Positions 35,911-45,236 of a stretch of DNA of 51,481 nt are shown piece after piece. This DNA comes from a virus. Its lineage: Duplodnaviria > Caudoviricetes. Positions within the stretch are counted from its first letter, which is position 1, and each line of letters begins with the position of its first letter. Location: positions 1 to 51,481 of IMG/VR virus record IMGVR_UViG_3300048576_000578. The stretch is one strand, 5' to 3'. The position numbers and the translations under genes are program-made. The notes under the pieces are model-generated. The model was given only the letters and a program-made list of their open reading frames with translations, ran no database searches and was not told the origin of the DNA.

Positions 35911-37977
35911 TCAGCTCATCGGGATGGGCGCGAAGAGGGAGTCGTCGTCGGTTGATTCGACGGCGGGCGGTATCGGTGCGGGTGCAGACGTCTGGACGGG
36001 CGTCAGGGCTGGCGCTTCGTCATCCGTCTGGCGGGTCGGCAGCAGGGGCGGCTGGGTGAACAGGTTGGGCTCAAGCGCCTTTTCCCACATCGCCCAGGTG
36101 CTGGCCGGGGTGTTGTGCAGGCCAAGGATCTGTTCGAGCAGCATAGTGATGACGGTGCAGTCGAGCACTTCGTTGCGGATGCCGCTGGGGCATACCCAGC
36201 GCTCTGCCCAGCCATGCGCCATGCGGACGCGGATGCGGTGCTCAGCGGTGAGTTGGTCGAAAAATTCCGGCGGCAGGTTGCGGTTCAGGTGGATATAACC
36301 GGGCCCGGGGCGCTTGACCTGGTCGAGCTGGCCATGCAGCGCATCCTTGGCGGTGTCGGTACAGATGCGCCAAAGCTTGACGCCGCGCTTGAGGGTCCGG
36401 CCGCTGGCGTTGACGTCGACCCAGGTCGGCTTCATTTTGATCGGCGCGCCCAGGGCGCCATCGCCCTTGGTGGCGTAGACCTTGAGGTGCGAGCGTTCCC
36501 GGCAGTAGTTATAGGCCTGGTGCGTCCAGTTGGTGCCGCCTGTGTCGATTCCGGTGGCGGAAATGGGAATGTCGTGACCGTTGACGTGGCGGTAGGTAGT
36601 GCGGATGAGCGGGTCGAGCTTTTCGGCCCACTCGGTCTGCTGCGCCGGGTTGCCATAGATGACGCGGTAGTCGATCGGCCAGCGCTCGCCATCGCGGCCA
36701 ATGGCCCATGCGACGGCTTCCCAGCGGTCGGCTTGGGTATCGATGCCGAGCAGCACCTTGCAGGCGCCGGCCGGGACGATCTGCAGGGGGATGTCGAGAT
36801 CCGTCTTGGCGCGCTCTCGCAGGACGCTGGCGTCGGTGTGGTCGTATTCCTCCTCCCAGACATCGGCCAGGGTCTCGTTCTTGAAGCCCTGCATCGGGCC
36901 GGGGTCGCCCTTCTTCTGCGACTTTCTCGCCTCGAGGAATTCGCGCACGATGTCCGGCCAGGTGCGCTGCGGGCTGTAGGCGGTCCAGGCGCGAACGAAC
37001 GCGACATGCCGCGGCGGCTTGCGGCGGTTGCCATCGCCATCGGTCCAGACCTTGGCGAGGTGGTCATAGACAAATCCTCCGCAGCGACTGACCCACTGAC
37101 CCTGCTCCCAGATAACGAGGTAGTCCGCCTGGCGGATGGATTCTCGGCAGTGCGGGCAGACGTGCCGGACGGTCGACGGGGCAGCATCGTCCCATTTGAA
37201 CCCGTGGGCAACATCGGCGCCGCCCCAGAGCAGCGGATGCTGCGCGCTGCAGTGCGGACAGGGAATGTTGTATTCCATGACCGCTTCGGCGTTTTCGACG
37301 CGGCGGCGGACATGGCTGGTCAGCTTGTGCCGGAGCGTCGTGCCAAGGATCACCTTGGGGAATGGCGCGCCCTCAAGGCGACCGATCGCGCCAGTGACCG
37401 GGTCAATGGTCTTCTCAACAACCTGATCCATGGCGTCGACTTCGTCCAGGATCGCGGTGGCGATGGTAATCCGGCGGAAGCTGCGCGCGGCCTTGGCGCC
37501 GAGGTAGTGCTGCACCGAGCCGCGGAAGCGCTTGAACTTGATCGTGTCGTCATCGCGGCCGAGGCGCCGCACGGGATCGAGCGCCTTGCAGATGTCGAAC
37601 GATGGCGTGATTTCCGACTTGACGAAGCTGTCGCGGTCGTCGTCGGTCGGCTGCCAGATGCCCAGCTTGCGCCGGCGGTGCCGGGCCTCATACTCGGCAA
37701 AGCCGACGATGGTTTTAGTGTAGCCAACCCGCTTTGCCTTCTCCACATCGACTTCGAAGATCTCGTCGTTGGAGAAGGCATCCATCCACCCGATCTGGAA
37801 CGGCCACGGCACGAACAGCCCGCGCTGGTGGCTCGATTCCTCGTCCAGCTCGAAATTCTCCGCCGCCCAGATGCTGTAGGGCACGGGCGGATCGGCGCGC
37901 AGCGGCGCCAGACCTGCTTCAATGGCCTTGCGGATCGCGGCGCGGGTTTCGGGCGGGAGGGCGAGGTTAAGTGTCAT
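35911..37977 (-). CDS. terL: Terminase large subunit, GpA family
   Basis: KAKRVGYTK Walker A, AILDEVD Walker B, CPHC x2, GIDTQ, GIDTGG, RNEVLDC motifs. Confidence 0.95.
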   Translation of the reverse strand: MTLNLALPPETRAAIRKAIEAGLAPLRADPPVPYSIWAAENFELDEESSHQRGLFVPWPFQIGWMDAFSNDEIFEVDVEKAKRVGYTKTIVGFAEYEARHRRRKLGIWQPTDDDRDSFVKSEITPSFDICKALDPVRRLGRDDDTIKFKRFRGSVQHYLGAKAARSFRRITIATAILDEVDAMDQVVEKTIDPVTGAIGRLEGAPFPKVILGTTLRHKLTSHVRRRVENAEAVMEYNIPCPHCSAQHPLLWGGADVAHGFKWDDAAPSTVRHVCPHCRESIRQADYLVIWEQGQWVSRCGGFVYDHLAKVWTDGDGNRRKPPRHVAFVRAWTAYSPQRTWPDIVREFLEARKSQKKGDPGPMQGFKNETLADVWEEEYDHTDASVLRERAKTDLDIPLQIVPAGACKVLLGIDTQADRWEAVAWAIGRDGERWPIDYRVIYGNPAQQTEWAEKLDPLIRTTYRHVNGHDIPISATGIDTGGTNWTHQAYNYCRERSHLKVYATKGDGALGAPIKMKPTWVDVNASGRTLKRGVKLWRICTDTAKDALHGQLDQVKRPGPGYIHLNRNLPPEFFDQLTAEHRIRVRMAHGWAERWVCPSGIRNEVLDCTVITMLLEQILGLHNTPASTWAMWEKALEPNLFTQPPLLPTRQTDDEAPALTPVQTSAPAPIPPAVESTDDDSLFAPIPMS

Positions 37978-37980
37978 GAG

Positions 37981-38223
37981 CTATGAACGAACCTTCGTCA
38001 AACAGTTAAGGCATTGACGCGCATGACTCAGAAACAGCAATGTGGCTTCCTGGCTATAGTTACCGTGCTTCCTAACGCTGTCGATCAGGTTGTCCAGAAT
38101 TTCCGTAGCTTCGGATGCTTCTTCGATCGCCGCGCGCAATTGCTCGTTTTCAGCAAGCACCTGCTCGTGGTCATAGGTCAGGACAAAGCTCTCGGTCATT
38201 TCCTTTAGGGTTGGTTCTGCCAC
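37981..38223 (-). CDS. Hypothetical protein (80 aa)
   Basis: AGGAG RBS; inserted between terS and terL. Confidence 0.5.
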   Translation of the reverse strand: MAEPTLKEMTESFVLTYDHEQVLAENEQLRAAIEEASEATEILDNLIDSVRKHGNYSQEATLLFLSHARQCLNCLTKVRS

Positions 38224-38249
38224 TTGTTTCTCCTAAAAAATCGCGCATT

Positions 38250-38468
38250 TCAGCGCCCTGCCCTCTTCTTCGCTGCCTGAAGGTCTTCATAATCACGCCG
38301 GCAGTCCGCATCGCAGAAGTTCACGCCCTCCGGCAATTCGGCGTCGCAATAATGGCAGCAGCCGATCCACGGCAACCGCTTTTCAACCGCCTGGGCTGCC
38401 GAGGCGATCGCGTTGGCGACCAGCTGGTCCTGCAGCGCCTGGGCTTGTTCGAGGTAGTGTTCGTCCAT
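38250..38468 (-). CDS. Small Zn-finger protein, TraR/DksA-like architecture
   Basis: N-terminal helix then CHYC...FCDADC..DYE. Confidence 0.6.
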   Translation of the reverse strand: MDEHYLEQAQALQDQLVANAIASAAQAVEKRLPWIGCCHYCDAELPEGVNFCDADCRRDYEDLQAAKKRAGR

Positions 38469-38469
38469 A

Positions 38470-39162
38470 TCAGTAATCCTCTTCGGTCGTAATGGGCTCG
38501 GCTTCTTCCTGGATGTCGCCCGGGTCCAGCGCGTCGGCGATCAGCGAGGCGGTCTTTCTGACCATTTCGTTGCGCGCCCTGGCCAACTCGCCCATCAGCA
38601 GATCGCGGACGGCCTGCGGCAGGTCCGGGCAGACGCGGGCGATGCCGGCCGGGATCTGGTCCAGGTGATCGACCACCGCCTGCGAGGCGCTGGCCATGAC
38701 ATCGGTCAGCGCCTCAATCGGCGCATAGGTACCGCGCGCCACTTCGTTCTTGATCGATTGCCCGATCCGCTGCTCGCGCGCCAGCAGCGCCCGCTCGGTC
38801 GGCAGATCGATGTCGCCCTGTGCCGACCTGCCGGCCGCTTCTTCGCGCAGCTTGCGCAGGTAGCGCACGCGGATCTCGGCCAGCGGCACCGTCTTGTGAT
38901 CGAGGCCGAACTCGGTCAGCAGCTCCCGCAGGCGACGGTCGCTGATGTCCAGGTGCGCAGCAATCTCGGCCTGCGTCGGCGCCCGCTCGACCCGCCCTGC
39001 CTCACTCCGTAGGAAGCGCACATAGGCGATCACCAGCGGGCCGAGGTTGTAGGAATTGCGATCGACGCGCGGGATCACCCCGCGCCCGACGAGCTTGGTC
39101 AGCTCATCTGGCGTCAGGTCGAGCAACCTGGCGGCAGCGTCGTGCGGGATGGTTCCGGACAT
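38470..39162 (-). CDS. terS: Terminase small subunit, Nu1-like, with two HTH-like repeats
   Basis: TQAEIAAHLDISDRRLREL HTH and ERALLAREQ...KNEVARG coiled coil; upstream of GpA. Confidence 0.8.
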   Translation of the reverse strand: MSGTIPHDAAARLLDLTPDELTKLVGRGVIPRVDRNSYNLGPLVIAYVRFLRSEAGRVERAPTQAEIAAHLDISDRRLRELLTEFGLDHKTVPLAEIRVRYLRKLREEAAGRSAQGDIDLPTERALLAREQRIGQSIKNEVARGTYAPIEALTDVMASASQAVVDHLDQIPAGIARVCPDLPQAVRDLLMGELARARNEMVRKTASLIADALDPGDIQEEAEPITTEEDY

Positions 39163-39182
39163 TGTTCAGCGCTCCCAGTCGA

Positions 39183-40037
39183 TCACTTCGCCGGCTTTTT
39201 CTTGCCAGCGCCGTCGAAACGGGCCGCCGCACGCTCGGCAGCCTTGGCTGCAGCTTCCGTCGCGGCCTTGGCAATCGCCGCCGTCCGGGCCGCGCAGCGA
39301 TCCATGCGCTCGACTTCGGCAAGCACCAGGGCAATGCCCTTGATCAGGCTTCTCCGGGGCGTCGAAGGCTTCCACCATTCAGGGGCAAACGGCCAGCACT
39401 CCGGCAATCCGACATCCACGGTATGGGCGGCGGCGAAGTAGCAAGCTGCTGCGTTGATCAGTTCGCCGTTGGCGTACTTGTCGTCATGCGCCGGCGCCCA
39501 GCCCTCGACGTTGATCTGCCGTTCGCGCTCGGCGATGGCATCGTCGATCGCCGCAATGCCGCGGCGACGCTTCACCGCCGGCGCCGAGGACTCGGCGGGC
39601 GCAGCGGAACCGGCGTCATCGACCAGGGCCGCAGCCAGGGCCTCGGTCGAGATCCCGAACTGCGCCAGGTCAAAGCCGGCATCGCTGACCAGCGCCAGCT
39701 GCGCATTGCGGATCGCGTCGTCGTACTCGCCGGCGCGGCCGAGGTCGTTATCGATGATGATGTAGGCGCGCTTCTGCGCATCGGTCAGCCCGACACGCCG
39801 CATGCACGGCACCGCCGGCAACCCCATCCGGATCGCGGCAAGCCGCCGGCCGTGACCAGCCAGCACCACGTTGTCCTCGTCGATCACGATCACACCGTTG
39901 AAGCCGAACTGCTCGAAGCTGGCCACAAGCTGCGTAACCTGAGCATCCCCGTGGGTCATGCTGTTATCCGGATGCGGCTTGAGCGCGTTCGGATCGATCA
40001 GCTCATTGCGTTCAATGATTTCATGTTCAGTAGTCAA
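39183..40037 (-). CDS. ParB/Srx N-terminal domain protein fused to a conserved phage helical domain
   Basis: LKPHPDN, SFEQFGF, LAGHGRRLAA; C-terminal AERERQ..EGW...HDD....EL..AAACY...WP...WWKP. Confidence 0.75.
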   Translation of the reverse strand: MTTEHEIIERNELIDPNALKPHPDNSMTHGDAQVTQLVASFEQFGFNGVIVIDEDNVVLAGHGRRLAAIRMGLPAVPCMRRVGLTDAQKRAYIIIDNDLGRAGEYDDAIRNAQLALVSDAGFDLAQFGISTEALAAALVDDAGSAAPAESSAPAVKRRRGIAAIDDAIAERERQINVEGWAPAHDDKYANGELINAAACYFAAAHTVDVGLPECWPFAPEWWKPSTPRRSLIKGIALVLAEVERMDRCAARTAAIAKAATEAAAKAAERAAARFDGAGKKKPAK

Positions 40038-40073
40038 AACCGGAACCCCCTTAGTGAAGTTGAAAAACAGTCT

Positions 40074-40121
40074 GAAAACGCGCCTCTACGTACCCGTGTG
40101 CTTGGGGCCCCGGGAGGACCC
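40074..40121 (-). other. Putative lambda-like cos site (cosQ GGGTCCT; candidate 12-nt cohesive end GGTACGTAGAGG at 40083-40094)
   Basis: GGGTCCT-20nt-[12-mer]-CGCGTTTTC parallels lambda GGGTCCT...ACG[GGGCGGCGACCT]CGCGGGTTTTC; upstream of the packaging genes. Confidence 0.55.
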
Positions 40122-40445
40122 GCTGGGCTGGCTGGATGGTCCGGCCTGGCTGGTCTGTCCACCGATCGCCGACTTGAACCGCTCGGCCGCCCGCTGTTCC
40201 TCGATGCGCAGCTCGATGCAGCGGTTGATCGGTGCGCAGACCAAACGGTAAGCCGTGACCCATGCGGCAAGGTCAGCCAGCCAGCGCGCCCAGGTCATGA
40301 TCTGGGTCGGTTCATTTGTGGCAATGGCTGCCTTGATCGCGCCGCCAACCTCGGCGTAGTCCTGCTCGGTCCATTGGCCGGACTGGATGCGGTCTTCACC
40401 AACCAGGACGAAATCCGCACGCATCTTGTCGATGATGGCTTTCAT
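40086..40445 (-). CDS. Hypothetical protein (119 aa)
   Basis: AAAGGAG RBS before the ATG at 40445. Confidence 0.6.
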   Translation of the reverse strand: MKAIIDKMRADFVLVGEDRIQSGQWTEQDYAEVGGAIKAAIATNEPTQIMTWARWLADLAAWVTAYRLVCAPINRCIELRIEEQRAAERFKSAIGGQTSQAGPSSQPSGSSRGPKHTGT

Positions 40446-40458
40446 GCTTGCTCCTTTC

Positions 40459-40719
40459 CTTCCACACCTTGGCGAGGTATGGCAGAGGTGTGGACGTTAA
40501 AAACCCTTGAGCTGTGGCCCTCTTCCATACCTTCCATACCTTCCATACTGAAAAAATAGCTGTGCACACGCGTGTACACGCACGCGGGCGCCCGCGCCCG
40601 CCCACTCGCACACGGGTGCGCGCCGTCGGTATGGAAGGTATGGAAGGTATGGAACAGCCTTGCAGCACAAGGCTTTTCGGCTTCCATACCTTTTGAAAGG
40701 TATGGAACAGGTATGGAAG
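40459..40719. repeat. Iteron-like 9-bp repeats (CTTCCATAC/GTATGGAAG), probable replication origin
   Basis: Three direct copies at 40522-40548, three inverted at 40629-40655, further copies at 40459, 40477, 40488, 40681, 40700, 40711; immediately after primase-VapE. Confidence 0.75.
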
Positions 40720-40727
40720 ATTGGTGG

Positions 40728-43262
40728 TCAGAAAGGCGCACGACGACTCCCTTCTTGGCCGGCTTGATCCGGGGTCCCGCTATCGGCCGACAGCGTACTT
40801 TCTGTGGTCGCCTTGGCCTGGTCGTCCGCGCCATCATGTTTCGGCGGTTCGTACCAGAAGCGGGTCATCCCGTTTCGTTTCTCAAACTTCCTGCAGCCCA
40901 GCTTGCGCAAGGCCCAGCCGATGCGCGTCTGCACATCACGCGTCATCTTGCTGGCGTCCATCTTCAGCCCATCAACCATTGCCGTGTATGCAGAGAATGG
41001 CGATACCTGCTTGTAGACCCAGTCATGCAGGCCATCGACCAGGCTGTCTGGCATTTCTCGCGCCAGCTGCTCAGGGTCGAAGAGAAGCTTCTGCTCTTCC
41101 GGCGTTGGATGGAAGCGATGGCCTTCGCGCCAGTAGTGCAGCGCTTCGGCAAATAGCTGGTCGCGGTCGGCGATCAGCGCCTCGACATCGATGTTGCCGA
41201 CCATCACCGGCCAGAAGCGACGGCCGCCGGTCGGGTCTTTGTTCCACTCCCAATCGTTCGTCGTTCCGGCAAAGACAACGCGGCGTGGCAGGCTGATATT
41301 GCGGCGCCCGTAGTGCGGGCGGAATTCATCGAAGCGGCGGGTCAGGAAGGACTTCTGCCGCTTTTCTTCTGAGCGAGCGATGGCGCCCATTTCGGAGATT
41401 TCGTACAGCAGCTTGCCCTGCAGGGCGACCATGGCGTCCTTGTTCTGCAGGTCAAGGTCGGTGTCGCCAAACCACTGCTGCGGAACGAGGTGCCGCAGCG
41501 CGGTGGATTTTCGCTTGCCCTGCTCGCCCTCGAGCACCAGGCAGTAATCGAACTGACCGCCGGGCCGCATCGCGCGATCAACAATGCCCATGATGAACCA
41601 GGCGCCGCAGCGCTTGAGGTATTCGGCCTGTTCTGGCGATTTCGGCCCGACACCAAGATATCGAAGCAGCCAGCCACCAATCCGCTTTTCCTGATCCCAT
41701 GACAGGGAATTCAGCCAGTCCTGCACCGGGTTGAACGAATGAACGCGGCTCAGGGATTCGACGGCCTCAAGGACCAGCGGCGAACCGGGCGCGAAGTCAT
41801 AGCGCCTGGTCATCCACATGGCGGTTTGCGTGTCGTCCTGGTCGTCCCACTCGCCGACCTTGCCGGTGGCGTACGGTGGCGGCTTGAGCTTGACGACACG
41901 CTGCGCATGCTCGTCGTAAGCGATCACGCCCTGCCATCGCCAGTCATTGGCCAGGACGTCATAGACGTTTGCGGCGCAGGCCGAAATGCGGCCCTTGTCG
42001 GTGCGGTGCAGCAGCTTGTACCAGGCCACCCCTGACCCGTCATCAGACGGCGGCGGCGCATCGCTGGCCGGTGGCCCTGGCGGTGCAGGCGGCGGTGCCT
42101 CGCCGGCGGCTTCCGGGTCTTCCGGCGCCCAAGGCTTGGCCCGCTCGTCGATCCAGGCCAGCAGCGCTTCGCCGCGCAGGCCTTCCTCGACAGCATCAGC
42201 AATATCCCATCCGTCCGGCTTCTCGCCAGGCGCCGGGATCTCGACATTGAGCAGGTCGCAGCCCAGTGCATGCAGCGCTTCGCGCGCCTTGCGCATGGCC
42301 TTGACGCCGGGCTGATCCTCTTCGGGCAGCAGCGGCTGCGCCAGGGGATCGGCGCCGGCCTCGATCTCAGCCTTGGTCAGCTTTTTGCGCTTGGCGTCAC
42401 AGTCTGCCCAGGTAGCCACACGGCGCCCAGCCAGCTGCGTAAGACTAGCCTTGGCCAGTGCGTTGCCACCACCCGGCCAGGTCAGTGTGATGTAGCGATC
42501 CGGCGGCAGTTCTGCTGCGCCGGCATCGACGCACTTCTCGCCCTCGACCAGGAGCACAGTGGCGTTCGGGTAGGCATCGAGCTTCTGCAGCCCGTACAGC
42601 GGGCGCGGCTCAGGCCATTGCTTGTTGCACCACTTCTGCACAGGCTTGATGCTGTGGCGGGCAAAAGTCCAGGGGACGATATCCTTGTCGCCATCGCTCT
42701 TGGTGTAGCGATCGACGTAGCCCAGCAGCTCGCCACTACGCGACAGGTAAGTCCATCGGCGATCCGGGATGCCGCGCCATTCATGCGCCGCACGAACTTC
42801 TGGCGCGCCTTCCGGCACTGGCGTGATGACGATCCACTCGCCCTTGTCGTCCTTGTCACCAGCTGGCGCAGCCTTCGGTTGCTCGGCAGGCTTAGGCGCT
42901 GGCTTGGCTGCAGCAGGCTTGGCCGGCCTTCCCTTGCCCTTTTCCAAGAGCGGAACAGCATCCGGCATGTTGAATTCGATCGACAGGTCTTTCGCTGCCT
43001 GGACGAGATCACCGTTGGTAAACAGATAGGCGTAGAGCGATATCAAATCCCCGCCATAGACATCATCGGTAGCGAAATCGCCCCATTTGCCCGTAATGGT
43101 GCAAACAGAGAACGATCCATTGTGGTCATCCGCTCGCATCGGATTGAGCGCGAGATACTCCTTCCCGGCAGCCTTTTTCCCGCCCGGTAACCATCTTGGC
43201 AACAGCGAATCGACGCTATCGAGCGCTGCCTTGGCGATGCGCGACCACTCAATATCAGCCAT
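40728..43262 (-). CDS. Primase (Toprim)-VapE helicase fusion replication protein
   Basis: LLVEGEKC, WADCD, GWDIAD Toprim motifs; GEQGKRKS Walker A; FAGTTN, DPTGGRRFWP VapE motifs. Confidence 0.9.
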   Translation of the reverse strand: MADIEWSRIAKAALDSVDSLLPRWLPGGKKAAGKEYLALNPMRADDHNGSFSVCTITGKWGDFATDDVYGGDLISLYAYLFTNGDLVQAAKDLSIEFNMPDAVPLLEKGKGRPAKPAAAKPAPKPAEQPKAAPAGDKDDKGEWIVITPVPEGAPEVRAAHEWRGIPDRRWTYLSRSGELLGYVDRYTKSDGDKDIVPWTFARHSIKPVQKWCNKQWPEPRPLYGLQKLDAYPNATVLLVEGEKCVDAGAAELPPDRYITLTWPGGGNALAKASLTQLAGRRVATWADCDAKRKKLTKAEIEAGADPLAQPLLPEEDQPGVKAMRKAREALHALGCDLLNVEIPAPGEKPDGWDIADAVEEGLRGEALLAWIDERAKPWAPEDPEAAGEAPPPAPPGPPASDAPPPSDDGSGVAWYKLLHRTDKGRISACAANVYDVLANDWRWQGVIAYDEHAQRVVKLKPPPYATGKVGEWDDQDDTQTAMWMTRRYDFAPGSPLVLEAVESLSRVHSFNPVQDWLNSLSWDQEKRIGGWLLRYLGVGPKSPEQAEYLKRCGAWFIMGIVDRAMRPGGQFDYCLVLEGEQGKRKSTALRHLVPQQWFGDTDLDLQNKDAMVALQGKLLYEISEMGAIARSEEKRQKSFLTRRFDEFRPHYGRRNISLPRRVVFAGTTNDWEWNKDPTGGRRFWPVMVGNIDVEALIADRDQLFAEALHYWREGHRFHPTPEEQKLLFDPEQLAREMPDSLVDGLHDWVYKQVSPFSAYTAMVDGLKMDASKMTRDVQTRIGWALRKLGCRKFEKRNGMTRFWYEPPKHDGADDQAKATTESTLSADSGTPDQAGQEGSRRAPF

Positions 43263-43728
43263 GCAACCTCGCCAGCATCACCGCTGCCGCATCGATCAGG
43301 CGCAGCAGCTCGGTTTGTCGCGCCTGCCGCTCGGCGGCGAGGATCTCGTGTTGCGCGAAGGCCTGCAGGTTGTAGAGCACCGGGCGGATCGCGATGGCGA
43401 GGTTTTCCGCCGCCTGCTCGCGGGTCACCGCGAACTGCGAATGCATCGGCGTTGGCAGGGTGACGTGGCCAGATATCTCACCCAGCGCATGCGCGATCCG
43501 GCGCGAGCGCGTGTATTCCAGCGTTTCCAGGAACGTCAGCAGGGACGGACCAGCGCCATAGTGCGCCGGGTTGAACTGCCCCCAGGTGTTCTCGACGTGC
43601 CGATCCAACATGCGCCAGATTTCAGAGCCGCCACCAGGCCACTCCCGGAGCGTTGCCTGACAGGCAATGAAGAGCGGCCGATACCGGATCTTCAGTTTTT
43701 CGTAGGAGTCGGCATGAACTGATGACAT
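43255..43728 (-). CDS. CII-like phage regulatory protein
   Basis: WPGG...FNP...IAHAL...G pattern; between cro and the replication gene. Confidence 0.5.
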   Translation of the reverse strand: MSSVHADSYEKLKIRYRPLFIACQATLREWPGGGSEIWRMLDRHVENTWGQFNPAHYGAGPSLLTFLETLEYTRSRRIAHALGEISGHVTLPTPMHSQFAVTREQAAENLAIAIRPVLYNLQAFAQHEILAAERQARQTELLRLIDAAAVMLARLHG

Positions 43729-43812
43729 AAGAATCTACCGCCCGGATATGGGATTGATGACGACGCCGGCTGACGACAATGGCGCCATCGAACAACAGCA
43801 GGAGACATCCGC

Positions 43813-44091
43813 ATGACAACCACCCGAGAACGACTTACCAGCCTTGAAGCAGCGCACCGAGAGTTGCTCGCCAGAACGTTGGCGCTTGAGGCGGTATGCC
43901 TTGCCCTGCTGCCGACCGTCTGCCAGGCCGATGTGGCGACCACCGCGATACTGCGTGCCGCCGAGGCCGCCCTTGGCGAAGCGCTCAAGGCGGAAGGCAG
44001 CGATGCGGAATTCGTCGCGCAGACCCTGCGCTGGTTCCAGCAAATGCGCGGCGACGCACTTCTTCCGGAGCGTGGTGCGCTGTGTCATTGA
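43813..44091 (+). CDS. Hypothetical protein, antisense to the cro operon
   Basis: AGGAG RBS; helical 92 aa. Confidence 0.55.
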   Translation: MTTTRERLTSLEAAHRELLARTLALEAVCLALLPTVCQADVATTAILRAAEAALGEALKAEGSDAEFVAQTLRWFQQMRGDALLPERGALCH

Positions 44092-44178
44092 CTCGCCCGA
44101 TCCGAAGAAAGGCGGCCCGATCCAGTGTGATAGATTGCGGATTCCACTCGCATCAACCTATTACGAAAGGACCGGACC

Positions 44179-44463
44179 ATGAACGATTTCGAATCGAACC
44201 TGAAGTCATGCGTGTTCTTCCAGCAGCTCATTGCCGAACTCGAAGCAGAACGGCAACAATTGCTCGAAGGCGCGAAACAGGCCATAGCAATTGTTGCGAC
44301 AGCCAGCGCCAGGCAGCTCGACGCGGACGTGTTTGCTCAAAACCTGGAGCGCATGGAAGCGCTGTTTTCTCGGCAAGCGCCGAACGAAGCTCGCTCAGAA
44401 ATTCTGGATTACGCAATAGGCCTGGTGCGGAACTCCGGGAAACCGGCAAGCCAACCTCACTGA
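44179..44463 (+). CDS. Hypothetical protein, antisense to the cro operon
   Basis: Leader CGAAAGGACCGGACCATGA shared with the next gene. Confidence 0.6.
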   Translation: MNDFESNLKSCVFFQQLIAELEAERQQLLEGAKQAIAIVATASARQLDADVFAQNLERMEALFSRQAPNEARSEILDYAIGLVRNSGKPASQPH

Positions 44464-44631
44464 GCAAATCGTCAAGCCATTTCCGCACTTGCCGCTGTAG
44501 ATGCGGAGATCGCGCTGCGTCAGATGCCAGCCATGCGCGGATTCTCGGCACGCCATCCCAAGCGGGAATGTCCTGGAAAACGGGTTTCATATTACGCAAC
44601 CTCCTGCATCAAATTGCGAAAGGACCGGACC

Positions 44632-44928
44632 ATGAGCGGTCTGAAACACGTTGCTGGTCTCGCCTGGTTTCGTTTGGCGGATTACGAAGCTGCGCGAGCC
44701 ATCATGGCGGACGGTCACGTCTTGCCGAAGACCTACACCGAATGGCGTATCAAAGCCGAGCAAAACGAGAAGAAAGCGCAGCGCCAGGGGTTCATCACAG
44801 TCCGCGCCTACATCGAGCCGGACCAATTCCCCGCCTGGTGCGGCGCCAGAGGCCTGGATGTCGACGCCAAGGCACGCCAGCTTTTCGCCATGACGGTTGC
44901 GGACGAGACGGACAACAGCTTGAACTGA
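44632..44928 (+). CDS. Hypothetical protein (98 aa), antisense to the cro operon
   Basis: Same 19-nt leader; WF...DY...D...LP.TY.EW and F.AWC pattern. Confidence 0.65.
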   Translation: MSGLKHVAGLAWFRLADYEAARAIMADGHVLPKTYTEWRIKAEQNEKKAQRQGFITVRAYIEPDQFPAWCGARGLDVDAKARQLFAMTVADETDNSLN

Positions 44929-44930
44929 CA

Positions 44931-45146
44931 TCAAGCGGCCTCCTGCTCTTTGTTGCCGCCTCGCTCGACATCGATCTGCTCACGCAGGGCCAGCAACGAT
45001 TGGTAAAGCCGTCCTCGGCAGTCTTCCGACTTCCCGTTGCGAAGACGCCAGATAGTTGGTTGCGAGCAACTCACTCGACGCGCGATTTCAGCGTCGCTCA
45101 GACCCCCGGCGTACAACTGGTTAACGATGGCTTTTGCGGTATCCAT
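44931..45146 (-). CDS. cro: Cro-like HTH regulator
   Basis: GLSDAEIARRVSCSQPTIWRLRNG; divergent from the repressor. Confidence 0.8.
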   Translation of the reverse strand: MDTAKAIVNQLYAGGLSDAEIARRVSCSQPTIWRLRNGKSEDCRGRLYQSLLALREQIDVERGGNKEQEAA

Positions 45147-45152
45147 GCACGC

Positions 45153-45182
45153 AGTCTATACGCGAACGAATAGCTATGTCAA
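45153..45182 (-). promoter_or_regulatory. PR-like promoter/operator TTGACA-18-TAGACT
   Basis: Near-identical to 46421-46450. Confidence 0.75.
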
Positions 45183-45236
45183 TGCACGAATGCATGGATG
45201 CTTTGCTGGAGATATACGTCAGTGAATAATCAAAAT

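Noticed and set aside
40396-41156. ORFs with MEGMEGME / VWKVWKVW / FHTFHTFH repeats
   Set aside because: Translations of the 9-bp iterons, not proteins.
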